A stretch of DNA of 61,158 bases from positions 74,723,571 to 74,784,728 of the forward strand of contig NC_057711.1 in NCBI RefSeq assembly GCF_004010195.1, written 5' to 3'. The notes under the pieces were generated by a model, which made no database searches, was not told the origin of the DNA, and saw nothing but the letters and a program-made list of their open reading frames with translations. This document shows positions 35,000 through 48,949 of this stretch, one piece after another (the stretch's first letter is position 1; each line of letters begins with the position of its first letter). The DNA comes from Chiloscyllium plagiosum (lineage: Eukaryota). The position numbers and the translations under genes were made by a program.

Positions 35000-37808
35000 G
35001 GGGCAACGCTTGATGGAGATGGAAATCCCACAGGTTCCTGAACAGTTGGAAAGGCTGCCGAGGAACTGGGCACACTTTGCTTGCACCCTGTTTGCAAGTT
35101 TGCAACTTTCATATGGTTCATACGTTTGTTCATGACTATCCACCTACCTAGACGTTATATGTCATTGGACCTGATCTTGTGTCAGCCATGTCTCTTACTC
35201 ATGCAGAGCCATTCCTATGGTTCCTACACTAAATTTTGTCCCCTGAAGTAAACTGTCTCTATTTCTTAGTGGAATTTTGACTCTGGGATTGGCTTTCCTG
35301 CTGCCATTTAACCCTCCCCACAAGGTCTGGGATGATCAGATTTAATCTGGTGCAGAGTCTTCTCCCCATTAGCAGCTCTGCTGGAGCTATCCCTGTAGTT
35401 GCGTGAGGGTTGGTTCAATAATCAAATAGAAAATGGGACAGTTTGATATCTAGTGAAGCTGTAGCTTGATTCTTTAAGCCTGCCTTCAAAGTATGAACTG
35501 CTCGTTCTACCAGACCATTAGAAGATGAGTGGCATGGAGCTGCTCTTAAATGTCAAATTCCATTCGAGTTTATGAAATACTCAAAATCTCTGCAGGTAAA
35601 GAATGGTCCATTATCTGTAACAAACAGTTTTGGGTGACTATGTATTACAAAAAATGCACACAGTTTTTCTAACATCATCCCCATGCATGTACAACCACTT
35701 GAGTGGGCATCCACACTAACTAAAAACATTGACCCCTGCATAGCTTCAGGCCGAATGCAACAGTGGCCTCTAGTACTGAGTGCATATAATTACAAGTTGG
35801 AACACTGTCCAGAAAGCCAACTAGCAAATGCGGATTCATTAGGCTGACTCCTGCTGGCAGATATACTACTGACGGTACCATTGGTGGAAGAGTCCTGCAT
35901 AGTCGATGTATGACGGCTATTCCGATGAATGTGGGAGAGCTGCTGGTGGCAAGGTCTGTCCTTGTTGGCACTCTGGGCACTGCATTACCAATGCGGCTGT
36001 GTCTGCATTCAATTCTGGCTACCAACATAACTTTATTTGGGACAATCACTCTTGCCTCCTATAATTATATGCTGTCCTCTACAGTGATTTGGTCACTCCA
36101 GGTCCAAAAAGGTTTCAATTCTGCTTGCAATGGTTGTTTGACTTCAGTTTTGCCAGTACTTGATCTTTCTGTATCCAAAGTCTGATATTGTCAATTGTCA
36201 CTGCAAGTGTGTTCAGAAAATTATTATGGACTATTATGGACTCCTCCACCAATGATACCACCATTAGTGTATCTGCCAGCAGGAGACAGCCTATTGAATC
36301 TGCATTTGCTAGTTGGCCTCTTGGACAGTGTTCCAACTTGTAATTATATGCACTCAGTATTAGAGCCCACTGCTGCATTCTGCCTGAACCTATAGGCAGC
36401 CCTTGCTTGTCCTGTTTAAGTAACCTTAGCAGGGGGTTGTGATCCATCACTATTATAAGTTTACATCCGTTAAGGTATTCGTTGAACTTCCTGACTCAAA
36501 TATGACTCCTTCTCCATCTAGGCATATTCACGCTTTGCATTAGCCAAAGTCCGGAATGCATATGCTGTCGGATGATCCTCTCCACTGGGGCACCTGTGAG
36601 CTAATACTATCCCAATACTGTACTGGGAGGCACCACATATCAATCTCAGATCTCACTTGGGATCATAGTGTGTCAACATCTCAGAGGACAAGAGCTATTT
36701 CTTCACTTTCCTGAAAGCTATGGCTTGGCTATGTGATCAGTTCTAAGGCTGACCATTTTTTAAGAGTTGATGCAAAGATGCCAGGATGGAGGCCAGGTTA
36801 TATATGAACTTTCCATAATAATTCAGCAGGAAGGATCTAAACTCAGGTATAGACATGGGAGCCGGAGCACATTTAATTGCCCTCACTTTATCTTCCAATG
36901 GGTGTAATCCCGTCTTGTCAACTCTTTAGCCCTTTCGTAGCTCACTAGAGCTGCCTGGAATGCATGTCTTTCTCTTCTAAGACATGCATCCACCTGGGAG
37001 AAATATTTAAGGACTATGTCCACATTCTCAAAGTGCTTCCTATTGGCCGTCCCTATTATTAGCTTGTCATTGAAATAAATAGCAACCTGGGCTAGATCTT
37101 GTAAAATGTTTTTCATTGTCCACTGAAAAATTACACAGAATGACAATACCTCAAATGACAGTCTCATATATTGCTACAAAGCCTTAAGGGTATTAATTGT
37201 AGCATACTTCTGGGAATCCTCATTTAACAATAACTGCAAGTGCCCATGTCCAGCTTCATCAAGGGCAGCGTTCCTACCAGCTTTGTACATAAATCGTCAA
37301 TGCGAGAGATTGGATATTTACCCAGCTGCATAAAGTGGTTCACTGTTTATTTAAAATCCCCACCAAGGCGAACCAACCTGTTGGGGTTCACAATCAGGAT
37401 AAATGATGCTGCCCATTCTACAAACTGGACTGGTTTGATGATTCCTTCATTCTCCTGCCTTCTGATTTCTGGCAGAACCAAAGGTACCTTACCTGTGCCA
37501 TAAGGTAAATGACACAGGACGAGCCTTGCAGAATTGTGGAATTGCTTCCTGGTCAACTTGCAAGGTGGCCTTGTCTCCTTTGATAGACCCGAGACCTTCC
37601 TGAAAAGCTTCTGGGTATTTAATTAGGACTCCACTCAGGTAGCAATTTTATAATCGAAAAATGTTCAGCCATTCTGGGTGAATCTTTCTCAATCAATTTT
37701 ACCCATCAGGGTTGCGCCTGAACCATTAACTAACAACACTGGTAACTGAACAAGCTGCTTCTCATCAAAGACCAGAACCAAAGTTGTACCCTTAATCTGT
37801 AAGGGCTT
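35000..37808 (-). mobile_element. Gypsy LTR-retrotransposon pol (RT, RNase H, integrase), decayed
   Basis: EGIIKPVQFVEWAAS..VRLGGDFK; RLSFEV...IFQWTMKNILQDL; DHNPLL...RMQQWALILSAYNY; MFLVSVDAHS...VTDNGPFF. Confidence 0.85.
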
Positions 37809-38103
37809 CTGTGGGTGGTGGGGATATCCACTCTTGGTGAAGACTCTGCAGAGGTGTTCTTCTTCCCTTTATAGGTCAGGAGTGCTGCTGTGTGTTGTAG
37901 CCCTTTTGAACAGGGTCCTAATGCACTTTCTCCTGTGCATGTTTGGGTGGTTGCTGTTGTAATTCAAGATCTAGCCAGTGCGTGTGGCTTTCCTGTACAC
38001 TTTTGTGGTGCATTCACCTTTGTGTGTTCTTTCTACCATCACATCCAGGAATGAGAGTTGATTGTTGATTTCCTTTTCTCTCATAAATCTGATCCCTGTG
38101 AGC
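37808..38103 (-). mobile_element. Penelope-like element, inverted segment (RT thumb region)
   Basis: YRKATHT..ILNYNSNHP...CIRTLFKRATTH...GYP on the minus strand. Confidence 0.8.
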
Positions 38104-38106
38104 CTG

Positions 38107-38850
38107 GAGCCAAGAACAAATATCCCCGCAACTTCATCTGCAGATCAATAACAGACAAGCAACATGACGAGGACATGCCATGATCTAAATCACTAGCCAC
38201 GCTACCTTACATTAAAAAAATCTCAGAACTGACAGCCAGCCTTCTTCGACGATTCAGATTCATGGCAGCCCATAAACCGACAGTCGCGCTCAGACAACAA
38301 CTCACCAGGACAAAAGACCCTATACCCTCATGTGCAATACTAACGTAATTTACAAGATTCCATGCAAAGACTGCATGAAACACTCTATAGGGCAAACAAG
38401 CAGACAACTGGCAATCCGCATCCATGAACACCAACTAGTCTCGAAATGCCACGACCAACTGTCCCTAGTAGCCATACACACGGGTGACAGGACCACAAAT
38501 TCGACTGGGGCAACACAACAATCATAGGACAAGCTAAACAGAGGACAGCCAGAGAATTTCTAGGAGCATGGCACTCATCCGTGGACTCCATCAACATGTA
38601 CATAAATTTAGGCACAATATACCGACTATTAAAAGAACAACCAGAATTGATAACCGGAAGTAGCAGGAAAGGAAACAAATAAATTCCACAAGACATAGTA
38701 CAGCAGTGCTACATAGGAGGCTCCAAAGCACTGAACATGTCACCTATACAGGGGATGAAATGTCTGCAAATCAACGTCCCAACTCAGTGAACATACCCAC
38801 AACCATGACAATTGGCACCCGAGCTACAAATCATTACGCAAACCTTGAGT
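38107..38850 (+). mobile_element. Penelope-like element 3' part (linker, GIY-YIG endonuclease, tail)
   Basis: LATLPYIKKISE, NVIYKIPCKDCMKHSIGQTSRQLAIRIHEH, REFLGAWHS. Confidence 0.88.
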
Positions 38851-39787
38851 GAAAATATGTATTAAATTACACCCCCAAGACATTTGTTGAGGCAATTCTC
38901 AAAGTTCAGAGCAACATAATTTGGTTGATATCTGATACCACTAAATCCAACTTAATTTAGAAATGGCAGAAAATGAGAAAATATGTGTAGTCAATAAGTA
39001 TCTTTATTCTGATAACCTTCCTTAATGGCAAGTTTTCCAGTTACTCTTTCACCAAAGACTTTAATAAAATGAATAATTCTCATTCTACAAGCAGACATAT
39101 AAAGGATGCGTTTGTGTGTGTACATAAATTTAAAACATTAATGTACATTTTCTTAAGAAACTTTTCAAGTCTCATGACTTCTCAGTAACAATAAAATGTG
39201 AAAATCTAATTGAGAACTATGTTCTCCTGAGTTGAATAAGTAGGTTTATATCTGATGATTACAATATTATGCAAGGAACTAACTGTCAATTTCCTTGAAA
39301 CCTGCCTTTTCAGCATCTATCATTGAAGAAACCCATTTCCTAACTACAGAACCAATCTTGTTTCATGATAGAATTCTTGTTTAGTATTCATGCTTCAAGG
39401 TAACATTGTAACTGCTCCTTTCTTAAGCCTTTGGGGTGGCATGCCCATTGGAATTAAACTATATAGAAATTTTGTCGGGATGGACTATTATTGTTTACAA
39501 TATCAACAATGATGTATTCCTTTAATATATCTGAGAATTTTGATCAAGCTCTCCCTTTCAAAACTAATAAGTCTTCCTTTAAATGCAAATAATAGATTTT
39601 GATTAATGGCTTTGATCAAATAATTATTTATGCCATTTTATGACACTTAACCAATTCCATCATCTATTTCACTCTTGCCAACCCCTCCATCCAATGGCAT
39701 TCTATCTTTTCCATTCCAACAGTGTCCCATTCCTTCCATCCCTCTCTCATTCTCCAGTCTTCTACATTGTCACAATCAGCTGTAAAA

Positions 39788-40448
39788 AACTGCATTTGGA
39801 GTATTGTGTGCAGTTCTTGTTGCCACACTGGGAAGAATGTGGAGGTTTAGAGGTGATTTGGAAACGCCGGTGTTGGACTGGGGTGTACAGAGTTAAAAAT
39901 CACACAACACCAAGTTCTAGTCCAACAGGCTTATTTGGAAGCACTAGCTTTCAGAGCACTGCTCCTTCATCAGGTGGTTGTCAGGAGGTTTAGAGAGGGT
40001 GCAAATGCTGTTTACCAGGAAGCTCCCTGGATTAGAGCCTATTGACTATAAGAAGAGGTTGGACAAACTTAGATTTTTTTGCTAGTGCGTTGGAAGCTGA
40101 TGTGAGAACTGATGGAAGTATATAGAATTTAAAAGGCTTGATTGAGTGGATGCTCAGAGAATTTTCTTCAAGAGTGACAATGTCTAATACTTAGGGACAT
40201 AGGTTCAAGGAGAAAAGGGGAAAATTTAAAGACAAGATTTTTACACAGAGTGAAAGGTGCCTGGTACATACTGTCAGGGAAGGTGGTTGAAGCAGATATG
40301 ATAGCAACATTTAAGAAACATTTAGACACATGAACAGGCAGGGAATAGAGGGAATGAGCCATGTGCAGACAGTGGGATTAATTTAGAATGGCATAATGTT
40401 CGGCACATATATGATGGGCTATAGGGTTTGGTCCTGTGCTGTACTGCT
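39788..40448 (+). mobile_element. CR1 LINE 3' fragment with nested Penelope tail (39853-39983, 12-bp TSD ggaggtttagag)
   Basis: HLEYCVQF, CR1 3' UTR; TSD at 39841-39852 and 39984-39995. Confidence 0.8.
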
Positions 40449-41809
40449 CTGTTTTCTGTTTTCTGTGTTCTGTGTTCAGTCCCCTGGCAAAGGTCCCCAG
40501 TTTATTATGTTCTGGACAAGATACTCCAAGTCACTAAGCTCCCAGGTGAGGAAGGAGAACCCAATACCTCTTTTTTACTCACAACTTCATTTCCGCGACA
40601 CCCCCCCCAATTACTTCCAACTCCTTAGTTGGTCACATCAAGGTTAATTTGAAAAGATTTCCTTCTGTTATGGATTGCTTTCTCTCATACCAAATGAACT
40701 TATATTTAAAAGGAGCTAAATTAGCTAGGCTTTCTGGAATTAACAAAACAGTGATTTTTTTAAAAATTGCTGTTATAAAAAGAATTAATACCATGACATA
40801 TACATTCAAAGATTAGGAATAATAAGTGAGGCAAAAGTATGTTAGAAGTTCATAAATGATATATGGATTAGTCTTGTATGATCCATTTGTAAACAGCAGA
40901 CAATAGAATGCTATGGTCATTATATAGAATGGTCCTGGGATTGTTGATGTTGGTAGTTCAGCATTTTACTTTGTGATTCTTTGCTTTGCAGATTGACTAA
41001 AATTCTTTTGCTCTGGTTCCTTTCAGCAGTGACTAGCTGGCAGCTCTCAAAATGAGGGTCTCTCTTTCCTCTCTTACCTGCAGTGCAGGGTGTTTAATGG
41101 CTGTTTTTAAATTGTGATCTGCATAGCACGCTAGTCTACACACTAGCACCAGGTCAGTAACACACATATTTCAGGGATTACAGTCAGTTTTTAACCTTAC
41201 TTTAAAAAACTAGATCACTGGAAGGCTACAATATGTCTGCAGTCATACTGAGAGGAGGCTAGGTCATAAACCTCCCACTATCTCTTCCTTTTCAGTATTT
41301 CTGTTTGAAGATTTGTGATACTCTACAGAAGTGACATTCCATGAATTCACACAGAACTCTGCAAACAGCCGTCAAATGTATATTTGCAGCCATCTTGTGG
41401 GTATTGTGATCCCCTCTTAAAAAAAAAGCCATGTAACTAAAAGTGCAGTGGCTCTATAAGTACATCAACTTCTGACCCAGCATCACCACACTATCCATTC
41501 CATCGATTCCATCCTATCCTCACAGAAACTATCTCTCCAACCAGGATAATATAGTGGTTGAGCTCAATTTATGTTTTGCAGTTTATTTTCTCCACCAAAT
41601 ATTTTAGCCATTCACCACCCACCACTACCATCATCAAGTGTCGACACTTAGGTCCCACTTTGCCCCAGCTCTCTGTGCCAGGTACACCAAAAAAATAAAT
41701 CCTTCAACAGAAATGATGTTTAAACTGAACAATAATAAAACAGTTGACAACTAAATACTACTATTGTATATTTTAATACAATAATTGTAGGTTGATATAT
41801 GAATTTATA

Positions 41810-42248
41810 AGTAGACCATTCAACCCCATCCAGGCTACTCCACTATTCAGTATGATCTGTTTGTGTTTCAAATTCCTGATTCCACTGAGCCATTCTAATC
41901 CATCCACACCTGTCCTTAAATAAAGAAAACAGAAATACACACAATATTCATTATTGCCCTCAGTAACTGAAACATAACATCTTTGCTCTTACATTCAGTT
42001 CCTCTCATCATACATGATATAATTTCACTAGCTTTCTTAATTATGTGCTGCACCAGCATGCTAATTTTTTGTGACTCGTGTACCAAATCACTCAAATTCC
42101 TCTTCACCTCGGAATTCTGCAGTCATGTCCTGTTTAAGTGATGCTCTGCTTTTTTATTCTTCCTGCTACAGTGAAAAACATCACATTTTCCCACATTTTG
42201 TTCCATATAGCAGATTTTTTCCCACTCACTCACTCAATATTAATCTGT
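41810..42248 (-). mobile_element. CR1 LINE fragment, old
   Basis: RNLSDLVHESQKISMLVQHIIKKA...RGTECKSKDVM resembles the CR1 RT C-terminus. Confidence 0.65.
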
Positions 42249-42249
42249 G

Positions 42250-42774
42250 ATATCCCTACGTCTTCTTCACAACTCCACTGCCCTGTGGCAGAACACTTTA
42301 ACTCCCCCTCCCATTCCACCAAGGACATGCAGTCCTGGGCCTCCTTCATCACTAAACCTTAAGCACCAGACACCTCGAGGAATAATGCCTCATCTTCTGC
42401 CTTGGGACCCTCCAGCCACATGGGATCAATGTGGATTTCACCAGTTTCCTCATTTCCCCTCTACCCAACTTATCCCAGATCCAACCTTCCAACTCGGCAC
42501 TGCCCTCTTGAACTGTCCTACCTGTCCATCTTTCTTTCCACCTATCTGCTCCACCCTCCTCTCCAACCTATCAGCATCACCCCCACTTTCATCTACCTAT
42601 CACATTCTCAGCTAACTTCTCCCCAACCCCATGCTCCTCCAATTTATCTCTCAGCCCTCTTGGGCCACAATCCTCATTCCTGATGAAAGGCCTATGTCCG
42701 AAACATGGACTCTCCTGCTCCTCAGATGCTGACTGCCTGGCTGCGCTTTTCCAGCACCATACTCTTTGACTCTG
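42250..42774 (+). mobile_element. Penelope-like element 3' end
   Basis: PVAEHFNSPSHSTKDM, LIFCLGTLQPHGINVDF, tail cctgatgaaaggcctatgtccgaaac. Confidence 0.85.
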
Positions 42775-45700
42775 AAAGTTTTAAGACCCCAGTGCAGACC
42801 CTTGTGAGACTCCACTCGTCACATTGTGCATTTACTGTAATTTTGCATTCAACTGACTGGTAGTTCACACTTTAAATGGTAATATACCTTCACCAGACAC
42901 ATCACATCTGTTTATCATAATCAAAATGACTTTTCACTCTGCAAAATTCCAATTTCAATGATTGGTAGTAACAAATCTGATTAACTTTAGACAGTCAAAC
43001 CTTTCTCTTCTCCAAGGTTTGAAAACATTTACTCGATGTGTGCTGTAGGGTCAATTCCAACCGTTTTATGTTACCACAGTAGGACTGATCAATGCATTGT
43101 TAAAAACTATTGCCACAATGACTCTCTTTGTTCTTACAGCAACCATTATTTTATCCGTGGGAAGTGAAAAGTTACAAACTATGCCATTTAGTCGGACAAC
43201 TTTTTCTGTGTAAAGGAAAAAGCTAATACTAGGAGAATGTTAGATGTGAGTAGGATGGAAAGCATTTTGAGGTGAAAGAGGACAGTGACATCAGAAGAGA
43301 CAGCCCAGAAATTACAATGTGTTACACGGTAAGCAAAATTGATTGCAAACAAATCGTACAAGAAGGGAAAATCAATAACACAGCTTCTGACTAAGGGTCA
43401 AAGGACTCAGAACATTAATTCAGTTTGTCTCTCCACAGATGCTGCCAGCCTTGCTGAGTTTCTCCAGCACTTGTTGTTTTGCTTCAGATTTCCAGTATCC
43501 GTGGTTCTTTGTTTTTATGCTAGATGACAGACTGTATGACAATCATAAATCCTATTGATTATTTGTGGAATTGCTAACTGACTGATTTCCTAATGTCCTG
43601 GCCCCAGTGGCAGATACATGGGATTTCCTCCTGTCAATCTATCCACCCTTGACTTTGTCCCCTATTTACATAAAGCATGTGTATTATTTCTGGCATTTTC
43701 AAGCCATCTTCCTGTTAAAGGGCTTGGTTGCTGGCTGGAGTGGGGCCTGTTATGCCATTGCAGAGAGTCTTGTTGACTAAAAAACAATGCAAATATAAAA
43801 ACTGTACTCTGTCAACTATTGCCAATTGGAAGGAAACAGTTTGTTATCTATTTCCACCTCACTGCTTCATGCAAAGGAACTGAAAAGTAACACAATATGA
43901 AAGATAAGAAAATGTGGTGCCAACAATTTTATCCATTCATCAGGCTCATTGATTGGAACTATATAGGGACCTGAATGATAGTTAAAAGATACAGTGAGAT
44001 TTTCTCTAAGTTCACCGGGCATCAAGGCAAGATTTTGCAAGGCAGTAGTAAATTGCTTATTAAAGGGAATCAGTGCTTGTTCATGACCTTATGAACTGGA
44101 GGTTGCATCTTCCTATTGAACCATCTACCAGTTAACAGACTAGACATCGAGAATTCTCGACATGGTCATCAAAGGGGGCACCTGACTACTTTACTTCATT
44201 GCTTATTATGAGGATCTTTCGAGTTGATCATGCCCAAACAGCATCTCCAAGCACAATCCATGGGCACCAACTCCACCATCCCTCATCCACAGATATTGAT
44301 ATCCAATAATTACCAACGCCTCAAAGTCCATATGAAACCTTTCTCATATATTTGCTGGATATTTAGGAAGTATAGTCTTGTATTGCAGGGCATTAAAAGT
44401 AGCATTGAAATGTTGCAGCCAGGGCATCTCAGGGTTGCTCACTTGCTAGCTTAGTGCTTGCTCTCCTAGCACCTACCTGCATACTTGCAGCACCCATGCC
44501 ATGCCCTGCCTTATCATGATGTGCCATACCCGCTTGTGCATTGGAACTTCACCTAGAGCCTGAAGGCTGTCTGTATAGCTATATTGACATTTTTTTTACA
44601 TAGACAAATTGCTATTCTTGTCAGTAGGAATCTGTCCAAAGCGTAGAATGAGGAGGGCATTTTGCTCTACAGCACACCAAGAATTCAAAGTAAATCCTAC
44701 ATTGCACACCACTGCCTGCAAGGAAAACATACTCAATGTTTATTCAACCAAATGCCATGCTGGGTGATATAGCGGGTATTTCTCAGTCAAGACAAGGGGA
44801 GGCCGCTGTCAGTCAGGTGGTCTCAATAACCATCGGTCACAGGCATAGCCTGCACACAATCCAGAGGCTGGCCATGGTCTGGGATCCAATTTGGCCTGAT
44901 CACAGTCAGAAGATATATTTAATTATAATCTGGGGAGTGGACAATGATCAGTCCTATCAGACCATCACTAGCAATCAGAGGAATTGTGTTCCATCATTCA
45001 GGAAGCTGCAAAGACAATGGTCAGGGATCCGGTTAGCCATGTCTCTCGAAGGTTTTCTGAAATGTTCATAGGTGTGGAGCAAATAAAGCCTTGTGGGTAT
45101 GTGCATTGACTGGCAGTGGGGTGTGGCGGTGATGAAAGGGGGCTGTCAAAGAAAAGACCCAGGGTTGTTGCAAAGAAGGATAGGGCAATCAGTGCTGAGG
45201 GTTGGGAAGCAGACTCGTGTGTGGAGATGGGACAAGGACAGTGATGGAGGGGGAAATGAAGGGTTTACCGGGATGAACAGAGCAGCATTAGAAGGCATGG
45301 TTAGACTACAGGGGTCGGGGGATGTTATTTATACTGACCATCAACGTGGACCTCACAGAGGGAGAATTCAGAATCACCATAGACATAATTAAGGTGTAAA
45401 ATCAGGATTGAATGTAAAGAGGAAATGTGGAACCCAATGCTGATAGTATCCACTGCTAGCTACATTCTCTGCTACTTGCTGTTGCCTAGATTCTAACTAC
45501 AATTGGAAAACAGTTGGGGCAACCCCCAGAGTTTGGTCTCAGTGTCAGGTTGATGCACAGTTGCATAGCTCCATGTCTGCTGGACATCAGGACATTCAAG
45601 GGGCAATTACATGAAGCACATGCTTGTAAAATGCAACTACATTTAGTTTGTGATCATCTAATTATCCATATATAAGGCCAGCAGAATGAATGAGTTCGGA

Positions 45701-46077
45701 GTTCAAATACTGTGCAAAGATAATTTGCATTATATCTTTGGACCTTACAAGTTGAAATTGGCATCTCGATGAGGGAGAAATTAGTGGCAATGACTTTAAA
45801 AGAGGCAAATGCCAGCCAAAGGTAACTTGTGAAATGTGCAAGTTTGTTGCGGGAGGCAGAGTTACTCACTTCATTATTTACTGTGTAACTATTAAAATGG
45901 GTTCTGCTGAATGCAATGACAGTTTTGTGGTTGATGTGAGGCCTGGGATGGAGAGGGGTTCAGTGCACAGCAGGAACTTTCCTGTTGATGTAATGTGTTG
46001 GTCACTCAGACAGTGAAGCACCTTCACCAAGTCGATGCAGATGCTCAATAAATTATTAAAACATGACCCCTGTCATG

Positions 46078-46582
46078 GCACTGGAGCATGTTCAGAGGAG
46101 GTTCACAAGAATCATCCCAGGAATGAAAAGCTGAACATATGAGGAATGTTTGAGGACTCTGGACTTATACTTAATGGAGTTTAGAAGGACGAGGGGGGGG
46201 AATCTAATTTAAATATACAGAATACTGAATAGCCTGGATAGAATGGATGTTGGGAAGATGTTTCCATTGGTAAGAGGGATGAGCACCTGAGGGCGCAGTC
46301 TTAGAGTAAAGAGAAGACCTTTTAGAACAGAGATAAGGAGAAACTTCTTAGCCAGAGAGTGGTGAATCTATGGAATTCAATGCCACAGAAGGCTGTGGAG
46401 GCCAGGTCATTGACTATATTTAAGACTGTGATAGATAAGATCTTGAATATCAAGGGATTAAGGATTATGGGGAGAAAGCAGGAGAATAGGGTTGGAAACT
46501 TATCAGCCATAATTGAGTGGCATAATAGTCTCGATGGGCTGACTGGCCTAATTTCTGTTCCTATGTCTTATGGTCTTATGTT
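46078..46582 (+). mobile_element. CR1 LINE 3' fragment
   Basis: VQRRFTRIIPGMK, VVNLWNSMPQKAVEA, tail cctatgtcttatggtcttatg. Confidence 0.88.
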
Positions 46583-46749
46583 CTTGTCATCAGAGCACTG
46601 TATCTCTCGCAGTGCGGAGGAGTGTGCAGCTCATACCTGTGACATTTGCACAATTGACTGAACTCGGAGCTAAGAACCTATTCCTTATGCTCTCAATGTA
46701 GGCTATTGCCAGGAAAAATGATGTACCCAGCCACTGTTGACATGTGTGT

Positions 46750-47700
46750 CAATGTAGTTGCCTTACCATTACAAGGTGATGCAGGAAGATCAGGGCCTTT
46801 GACAAGCCCAGACGCTGCATCAAGCCATAGAACAGGGAGTGATTACAGATGCAGGACCCCTCAGTTTGTATGAGTTTATTGCCCCCAAAGCCATATCCTG
46901 AGGATGAGCAAGGCACAGTGAGGATACAGATTACTTATGTCCCAGGACACTTTGATGAAACCAAGGCACAGCTAGAATGGGACCTAAGGGCTGCAGGAAT
47001 GGGAGACCAGCCTCTCCCTGTGGCTGTGAAGTGGACAGCCTCTCTGAATCTCTGTGTGACTGGCTCTTTCCAGTGAGTGACAGGTGACCTGTGAGTGATC
47101 TCTCAGTTATACACTCACAAACACATCAGGAAAGTGACATATGCCAGATGCGGAAGTTGCACTGATTCATTTTGCCCATGCTGATTTCAGTGCTGCACTC
47201 AGGCAATTGGATTCGGAAACATATCAAAGGTGCAGAGTGCAGATATGCGGCACTGCAAGGGCCGTATCACAACTCATCAACAGGAAAGGGGTTCCCTTCC
47301 ATTCATGTTCATCATTGCCACTTCCTGGAGGTGTGTGCCCACTGCTCTGGCAGCTGCCACGATTCCCGGGTTAAAGGGTTTGAGGGTTAAAGTGCGCTAC
47401 AAAATAAAAATAATGCTGCCAACCTATCAACCAGGGCCGTGGTGGAACAGACCATGGAGAATGTGGCTCAGCTGCTTGAAGCAGCCTGAGAGGATACTGC
47501 AATATTGTCCACACACAGTGTGCTGCATGTTGTGCTCTTAAACAGGTAACATTTAAGGAGCTGTGCAGGATGCTGAGAAACTGGGAGAATGGAGGCAGTT
47601 TCTCAAGGAGGAGGACAAGGACATTGAGGAGGAGGAGGAAGCTGTCATGGTGAATGATAGAGCTCAACTGCATTGGATGCTATAAGCCAGACAGGACCTG
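46750..47700 (+). pseudogene. PIF/Harbinger DDE transposase relic
   Basis: LPVAVKWTASLNLCVTGSFQ.VTGDL..ISQ, INRKG.PSIHV, LEVCAHCSGSCHDS, HTVCCML and acidic tail match HARBI1-like transposases. Confidence 0.75.
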
Positions 47701-47714
47701 ACTTACACCCAATC

Positions 47715-47912
47715 CACAGCAATGCCAAAACATTGAATGTATTCAAGAGGCAGCTGGAGAAAGCGCTTGGGGCGAATGGGATCAAAGGTTGTAGGGAGGA
47801 AGCAGGATTAGGCTATTGAGTTGGACAATCAGCGATGATCATGATGAATGATGGAGCAGGCTCTAAAGTGCCGAATGGCTTCCTTCTGCTCCTATCTCTA
47901 TGTTTCTATGTA
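47715..47912 (+). mobile_element. CR1 LINE 3' end
   Basis: tggagcaggctc...gccgaatggct...ctgctcctat..ctatgtttctatg tail. Confidence 0.75.
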
Positions 47913-48949
47913 ACCTACAGTTAGCCAAAACAGGATTTAAGTCTGAGCTGTTTGTCAGAAGCAGGCAGGAGTTTTATGGATGCATGCAAATTAAGGAAAA
48001 TTATGCAAAAGAATCACATGCAACTTTAGCATCCAAACCGAATTTCACCAAGCACTGAATCGGTTTAATAAAAGTCAACAGGAATTATTTCAGATGAATA
48101 TTGCAAGCAGCTTATAAAAGAATACTCAATTGCAAGCAAATACTCATATTGTTGACATCACACCGTTACAATAATATTGTATTTTTCTTCTTCGAGAGTG
48201 ACATTTCCTGTATTTATCCGGTCTAGGTATTGTTAATCAACACAGGTTGCGCTAAAGCTACTTTAATCCGATTGCATGACAAAGGGCAGGAGAGGAGCCA
48301 CAGCAGCAAGTGGCCCTGTTTGCTCTGAGTAACTTACAGAGTCCCTTTCTGACAGTGAAACATCCTCTGGTAAAACACAGTGTGCTGACTCTTTCAGTTT
48401 TCTGGTGGAGTGTCATTTTTGCTGAGTTTCACAGAGGCCGAGCACATCCTACTGAACTTGTTCCATTAATTATCTACCCTGCCCTCTTGTCCAATTCTAG
48501 TGCCATTCTATCACTCACCATTGCTGGAAAAACTCACTGTTTTTCTGAAAGTAGCTGAAATATTATCATCCCAGGCACCTGCCCCACCTTTAAAAGGTCA
48601 CTGTGCACACAGCCAAATGTTCTCAATTCAGTCTTGCCCTTCACCAGCACAGCAATGACAAAGCCACCCTGCTCATATCCAACCTCATTCTCTCAGTGCA
48701 GTTGCAATTTATCCACCAGAACTCACACACTTTAACTCTCCTTGTGTATGTCCCATCTGAAGACCCTCTCTGAATCTGCATACTGTTTCTACAATTTCCA
48801 ATGCTCAGCCAAATCTTATCATTGAGTAGAGGAACATCAATACAGGCAGGCATTCAGACAAGTCTAAACATGTGCATTTATTTACAGTAACTAAAGGGAA
48901 TGCAAAGGAAATTACTGGAGGCTGTAGTTCACCCCAGCAGTGCAAACCA

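Noticed and set aside
40500..41490. Solo LTR (and a similar tract at about 20760-21600)
   Set aside because: Composition is LTR-like, but I could not fix TG..CA ends or a TSD.
46750..47700. Functional HARBI1 host gene
   Set aside because: Multiple stops, frameshifts and deletions; a transposon relic.
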